64,000 nucleotides of DNA from Alloprevotella sp. (lineage in GTDB: Bacteria > Bacteroidota > Bacteroidia > Bacteroidales > Bacteroidaceae): contig JBGVGJ010000058.1 in assembly GCA_045121635.1 (NCBI GenBank), positions 48,294 to 112,293 on the forward strand. Reading direction: 5' to 3'. Below, piece by piece: positions 59,989-64,000 of this stretch (positions are counted from its first letter, which is position 1; each line of letters opens with the position of its first letter). A program made the position numbers and the translations under genes. The notes beneath the pieces were generated by a model. The model was not told the DNA's origin. It worked only from the letters and a program-made list of their open reading frames with translations, and searched no databases.

Positions 59989-61353
59989 ATGTTTGATTCA
60001 CTTAGCGAACGCTTAGAGCGTTCTTTCAAAATACTTAAGGGGGAAGGCAAGATTACCGAAATCAACATTGCCGAAGCCCTCAAAGATGTGCGCCGCGCAC
60101 TTATCGAAGCCGACGTAAACTACAAGGTTGCAAAAACCTTTATTGACACGGTAAAAGAAAAGGCGCTCGGTCAGAATGTGCTTATTTCCGTAAAGCCTAA
60201 GGAAATGATTATCAAAATTGTGCACGATGAATTGGCACAATTGATGGGTGGAGAAACGGCAGAACTTAACCTTCAGAGCCGCCCCTCAGTCATCCTTATG
60301 GCAGGTCTTAATGGTGCGGGTAAAACAACCCTTTCGGGTAAGCTCGCCCTCCTTTTGAAGAGCAAGAAGCACCGCAATCCCCTTCTCGTAGCATGTGACG
60401 TTTACCGTCCTGCGGCAGTTGAGCAACTCCGCGTGCTTGCAGAGCAGATTGAAGTGCCTATCTACATGAACTTGGAGTCTAAAGATCCCGTTCAGATTGC
60501 ACGCGAAGGTGTTCTTGAAGCAAAGTCAAAGGGTTACGACACTGTTATTGTCGACACAGCGGGTCGCCTTGCCATCGACGAGGAATTGATGCAAGAAATT
60601 GCGGCAATTAAGGACGCTTGTCAGCCCGATGAAACACTCTTCGTGGTAGACGCGATGACCGGTCAGGACGCTGTAAACACGGCAAAGGAATTTAACGACC
60701 GCTTGGACTACGACGGTGTTGTTCTCACCAAATTGGACGGTGACACTCGCGGTGGTGCTGCAATTTCTATCCGCACTGTTGTCAACAAACCCATTAAGTT
60801 TGTCGGCACAGGCGAAAAGATGGAAGCGCTTGACCAGTTCCATCCCAGCCGTATGGCGGACCGCATCCTCGGCATGGGCGACATCATTTCGCTTGTTGAG
60901 CGTGCGCAACAACAGTTTGACGAAAAGGAAGCGCGCAAGCTCCAGGAGAAGATTCAGAAGAACAAGTTTGACTTCGAAGACTTCTACAATCAGATTCAGC
61001 AAATCAAGAAGATGGGTAATATCAAGGACCTCGCTTCTATGATTCCCGGTGTGGGCAAGGCGCTTAAGGATGTAGATATTGACGACAACGCTTTCAAGTC
61101 TATCGAAGCCATTATCCAGTCAATGACTCCCAAGGAACGCCGCAATCCCGACCTTTTGATGCGCCAGGCAACTCGCAAAACGCGTATCGCAAAGGGTTCG
61201 GGCACAAGCATTCAGGATGTAAACCGCCTCATCAAGCAGTTCGACCAAATGCGTAAGATGATGAAGATGATGACAGGCGGAAATATGAAAAACATGATGT
61301 CTCAAATGAAGCAGATGCAGCAGTTGCAGCAGATGCAAGGCATGAGACGCTAA
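59989..61353 (+). CDS. ffh: signal recognition particle protein
   Basis: N domain, a GTPase G domain (GLNGAGKTT, DTAGR, TKLDG) and a Met-rich M domain ending QMQQLQQMQGMRR. Confidence 0.9.
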   Translation: MFDSLSERLERSFKILKGEGKITEINIAEALKDVRRALIEADVNYKVAKTFIDTVKEKALGQNVLISVKPKEMIIKIVHDELAQLMGGETAELNLQSRPSVILMAGLNGAGKTTLSGKLALLLKSKKHRNPLLVACDVYRPAAVEQLRVLAEQIEVPIYMNLESKDPVQIAREGVLEAKSKGYDTVIVDTAGRLAIDEELMQEIAAIKDACQPDETLFVVDAMTGQDAVNTAKEFNDRLDYDGVVLTKLDGDTRGGAAISIRTVVNKPIKFVGTGEKMEALDQFHPSRMADRILGMGDIISLVERAQQQFDEKEARKLQEKIQKNKFDFEDFYNQIQQIKKMGNIKDLASMIPGVGKALKDVDIDDNAFKSIEAIIQSMTPKERRNPDLLMRQATRKTRIAKGSGTSIQDVNRLIKQFDQMRKMMKMMTGGNMKNMMSQMKQMQQLQQMQGMRR

Positions 61354-61365
61354 ATCATAGATAAG

Positions 61366-61412
61366 GTATTGGGTTAAAGGTCGCTTCGCTTTCAGGTTAT
61401 AAGACGCGTGGC
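61366..61412. repeat. family-1 repeat, copy J (inverted orientation)
   Basis: ggttaaaggtcgcttcgctttcaggttataag is the reverse complement of the cttataacctgaaagcgaagcgacctttaacc arm. Confidence 0.55.
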
Positions 61413-61508
61413 GAATCTTAACGAACACCTTATTCTACTATAGTAACAGCAAACGGGTGCGGTGTCGCAATAGTGATTCCGCACTTTTATTTTTTCAGAA
61501 AAATTCTT

Positions 61509-62384
61509 ATGACAATTATAGACGGAAAGGCAACTGCCGCACAAATTAAACAAGAAATTGCGGCCGAAGTGGAAGCGCTTGTTGCTGCAGGTAAGAAGCG
61601 TCCGCACCTTGTGGCAATCCTTGTGGGCCACGACGGAGGTAGCGAAACCTATGTCAAAAATAAAATGCTCGCTTGCGAAGCCTGCGGATTCAAGTCCTCA
61701 CTTGTTCGCTTCGACACCGATGTTACAGAAGAAACACTCCTTGCTGAAGTGGCGCGCCTCAACAACGATGACGATGTAGACGGTTTCATCGTGCAACTCC
61801 CCTTGCCCAAGCACATTTCAGAGCAACGCGTTACCGAAGCCATCGACTTCCGCAAGGACGTTGACGGTTTCCACCCCATCAATGTGGGCAGACTTTCTAT
61901 CGGTCTCCCATGTTATATCTCTGCGACTCCTAAGGGCATTCTCGAACTCCTCCGCCGTTACAACATCCCCACAAGCGGCAAGCACTGTGTCATTATCGGG
62001 CGCAGCAATATCGTGGGCAAGCCCATGGCATCCTTAATGCTTCAAAAGGAACTCGGAGATGCTACGGTGACAGTCGTACATAGTCACACGCAAAACATCA
62101 AGGAGGAATGTCGCCGTGCGGATATTCTCATCGCCGCCCTCGGTCGCCCCGAATTTGTTACGGTAGACATGGTGAAACCCGGCGCTACGGTCATCGATGT
62201 AGGCACAACGCGCGTACCCGATGCTTCACGCCCCAACGGATTCCGCCTTTGTGGCGATGTATGCTTCTCAGAAGTTGCTCCGCTTTGCGAAGCCATCACT
62301 CCCGTTCCCGGTGGCGTAGGCCCTATGACCATTTGCATGCTCATGCTTAACACGCTTGAAGCAGCCAAAGGACTGATGAAATAA
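61509..62384 (+). CDS. folD: bifunctional 5,10-methylene-THF dehydrogenase/cyclohydrolase
   Basis: [28 protein letters not shown] and [10 protein letters not shown] are FolD boxes. Confidence 0.9.
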   Translation: MTIIDGKATAAQIKQEIAAEVEALVAAGKKRPHLVAILVGHDGGSETYVKNKMLACEACGFKSSLVRFDTDVTEETLLAEVARLNNDDDVDGFIVQLPLPKHISEQRVTEAIDFRKDVDGFHPINVGRLSIGLPCYISATPKGILELLRRYNIPTSGKHCVIIGRSNIVGKPMASLMLQKELGDATVTVVHSHTQNIKEECRRADILIAALGRPEFVTVDMVKPGATVIDVGTTRVPDASRPNGFRLCGDVCFSEVAPLCEAITPVPGGVGPMTICMLMLNTLEAAKGLMK

Positions 62385-62409
62385 TTTTGCACAGACACCG
62401 CAAAAACTA

Positions 62410-62470
62410 TTCGGCACTTAGTTGAAATTATCTGAGAGATAAATCAAACTAAGTGCCGAATATTTTTTTG
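62410..62470 (+). terminator. terminator after folD
   Basis: attcggcacttagtt...aactaagtgccgaat followed by atttttttg. Confidence 0.6.
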
Positions 62471-62823
62471 CAAGTCGGAGACAGTTTTACGAAATGCTGG
62501 AACAGTGAATAATCCACGCAAAACATAGTTGCATTTACGCCCCTCGTTACTCCTACTCTTCATTCATCCAATTTGAACAATCCCACGGACTCTTGTATTT
62601 GTTTATTGCCGAAGGTTTAATCTCACTTCCACCGACAGGAATGCGGTCGGTGCTTGCGGCGAGCATCGCCTCCAAGTGAAGTTCCATCACCCGAAGTTGG
62701 GGTTGGATATAGTTTTGTTTCATAGTTTTAGTTTTTTAAGTTGATAAGGTTAAAGTCGACAAATGGTTTGTACATTCCGCACTGCGCTCTATTGAGAGCA
62801 CCATGCGGATAAGTCTTCACGAC

Positions 62824-64000
62824 TTACTTTATCACTACCTTTTTACCGTTCATAATATAAACCCCACCCTTCTGAGGCACAGACACACGGCGTCCGCTAA
62901 GGTCGTAGATTTCAGAGTTCACTGCTCCGTTTTGTCCACCGAGTTCCTCGATACCCGTTGTACCACCGTCGCCCAACACGCGTATGTTGATGCGGCGAAT
63001 GTGAGGAGCATTTACCGGTGTTCCTGAGCGTGGTATGATGGTGAGGTATGCACGGAAGGGGTTAAGTCCTTCGGTTCGCCACCAGCCACCTTCGGTAGAT
63101 ATTGCATAGTGAGTGCCATACATCTCCTCAAAGTCTAATTGCCCCATTCGTTCGTATATACCTCTAAGTTCAAATATTGATCTTACCGATTGACAGGAAA
63201 CAGTTCTTCCTACTGTAGATTCCACTAACGCATTCTCGACTACCAGGTTCATATCCATTGCTTCAGTATTCTTTGCACGGATGAAGTAAGGGTAATTCGC
63301 CTTTAGTGTACCGTTCTTTATCTTGATGATTTCCATCTCCATCTGATCGATGCTGCCGTCGGCGTCGGCGTCATAGGTATGCATATTGTTCATGTAGGCC
63401 ACCTCATAGTCCTCCAGCAGTTCATCGGTCACCTCAATCTCGAAGGGCACATACAGCGAGTTCCACTCCTGGTTGGGCAGCTCGCGGTAGTAGGTAAGTT
63501 TTTCCACGTCGTAATCATCATCTATAATGACCCTGCTGTAATAGCCGTCGTAGATTTCCACCTCGGTGGCATCGGCATCAAAGTGTCCGCAGTCGATGCA
63601 GATACTGCCGTGGTAATTGTGGGCTTCTGTTACGGTAGTACCACAGAGAGAACAGGTGTAGGTGTGCTGGGAACCATCATAGGTGGGTGCATAAGTAAGC
63701 TCACCGCCTTCGTGCGTACAGGAACAATAACCGCAGTTATCGCAAATGATGCCTGTAAAGGAGTGCTCGCCCTCGCAGGTTCCATCTTCCTTGAGCAGAC
63801 CGCCCAGTGCGCCGTATTTTACGACCTTATCAGTGGTTATGGCATCCAATCCAGTGTAACAGTAAATAGTACTGCTCTTTACCGAGCCACCTTCGCCACA
63901 GTTAATACTACCTGTAGCGTGATAACCACCTTCTTCACCCATTTCATCTCCCAAATATCCAATATAGTCAGAATACGGGTTGTATCTAAAGGTATGTATT
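62824..64000 (-). CDS. Cys-rich secreted protein with T9SS C-terminal sorting domain (5'-partial; continues beyond the window end)
   Basis: The reading frame stays open to position 64000. The C-terminus ...SEIYDLSGRRVSVPQKGGVYIMNGKKVVIK is a canonical T9SS CTD. There are multiple CxxC / CGH motifs. Confidence 0.7.
   Translation of the reverse strand, partial: IHTFRYNPYSDYIGYLGDEMGEEGGYHATGSINCGEGGSVKSSTIYCYTGLDAITTDKVVKYGALGGLLKEDGTCEGEHSFTGIICDNCGYCSCTHEGGELTYAPTYDGSQHTYTCSLCGTTVTEAHNYHGSICIDCGHFDADATEVEIYDGYYSRVIIDDDYDVEKLTYYRELPNQEWNSLYVPFEIEVTDELLEDYEVAYMNNMHTYDADADGSIDQMEMEIIKIKNGTLKANYPYFIRAKNTEAMDMNLVVENALVESTVGRTVSCQSVRSIFELRGIYERMGQLDFEEMYGTHYAISTEGGWWRTEGLNPFRAYLTIIPRSGTPVNAPHIRRINIRVLGDGGTTGIEELGGQNGAVNSEIYDLSGRRVSVPQKGGVYIMNGKKVVIK

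Noticed and set aside
62553-62723. 56-aa minus-strand ORF (MKQNYIQPQLRVMELHLEAM...) downstream of the T9SS cargo gene
   Set aside because: No signal, no domain, no terminator and unremarkable composition, so it cannot be distinguished from chance. Kept only as a note.

Overview
This window is a gene-dense, roughly 50% GC stretch of chromosome from a Bacteroidota (Bacteroidales-like) genome, and no complete new coding system is evident in it. What is unusual is mostly non-coding.

**Taxon call.** Two proteins end in type IX secretion (T9SS) C-terminal sorting domains. Gene order and protein forms are Bacteroides/Prevotella-like: long-form IleS, the ileS / dksA-like / lspA / DUF4296 cluster, and BlaI/BlaR1-family pairs. 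No Shine-Dalgarno usage is apparent, and several upstream regions carry the Bacteroidetes -33 TTTG / -7 TAnnTTTG promoter motifs.

**Coding content.** It is almost entirely housekeeping, in window order:
- the 3' end of carB, a T9SS-secreted Ser-type sulfatase, and a BlaI/BlaR1/lipoprotein sensing module;
- a TonB-dependent-like outer-membrane protein, tdh, a Ca-ATPase, pyrF, an FKBP, a GH25 lysozyme, the ileS cluster and smpB;
- a PI-PLC-like protein convergent with a patatin-Omp85 (type Vd-like) phospholipase, then a frameshifted MFS transporter pseudogene;
- RNase P RNA (rnpB) on the minus strand, missed by ORF calling;
- a DUF5103-like protein, 2-hydroxyacid dehydrogenase, UPF0126 membrane protein, tsaC, ClC channel, fmt, bcp, LMW-PTP, trmD, ligA, dapA, pheS, murB, an MBL hydrolase, rlmD, a Zn-metalloprotease, mtaB, a GT2, an RsmI-like methylase, an NfeD-flotillin pair, ffh, folD, and a second T9SS cargo that runs off the window.

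**Absent.** I found no prophage, integrase, transposase, CRISPR array, tRNA or recognisable defence cassette.

**What does not fit ordinary annotation:**
1. At least three dispersed short intergenic repeat families sit next to gene starts. The most abundant is a palindromic AACCTCATAACC / AAAGCGAAGCGACC element in about 10 copies, with arms that mostly read outward toward the flanking genes, including rnpB.
2. A roughly 220-bp MITE-like element with long imperfect terminal inverted repeats lies upstream of the outer-membrane protein gene.
3. A promoter-to-terminator unit of about 215 nt with no ORF is a candidate sRNA (possibly 6S-like).
4. Two low-GC (~32-35%) islets each carry an orphan small gene; one has replaced the 5' half of the MFS gene.
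5. A set of mutually exclusive hairpins lies in a convergent intergenic region.
6. Three plausible small protein genes fall below the ORF-track length cutoff.

All functional assignments come from reading motifs and family resemblance by eye. No database search was run.
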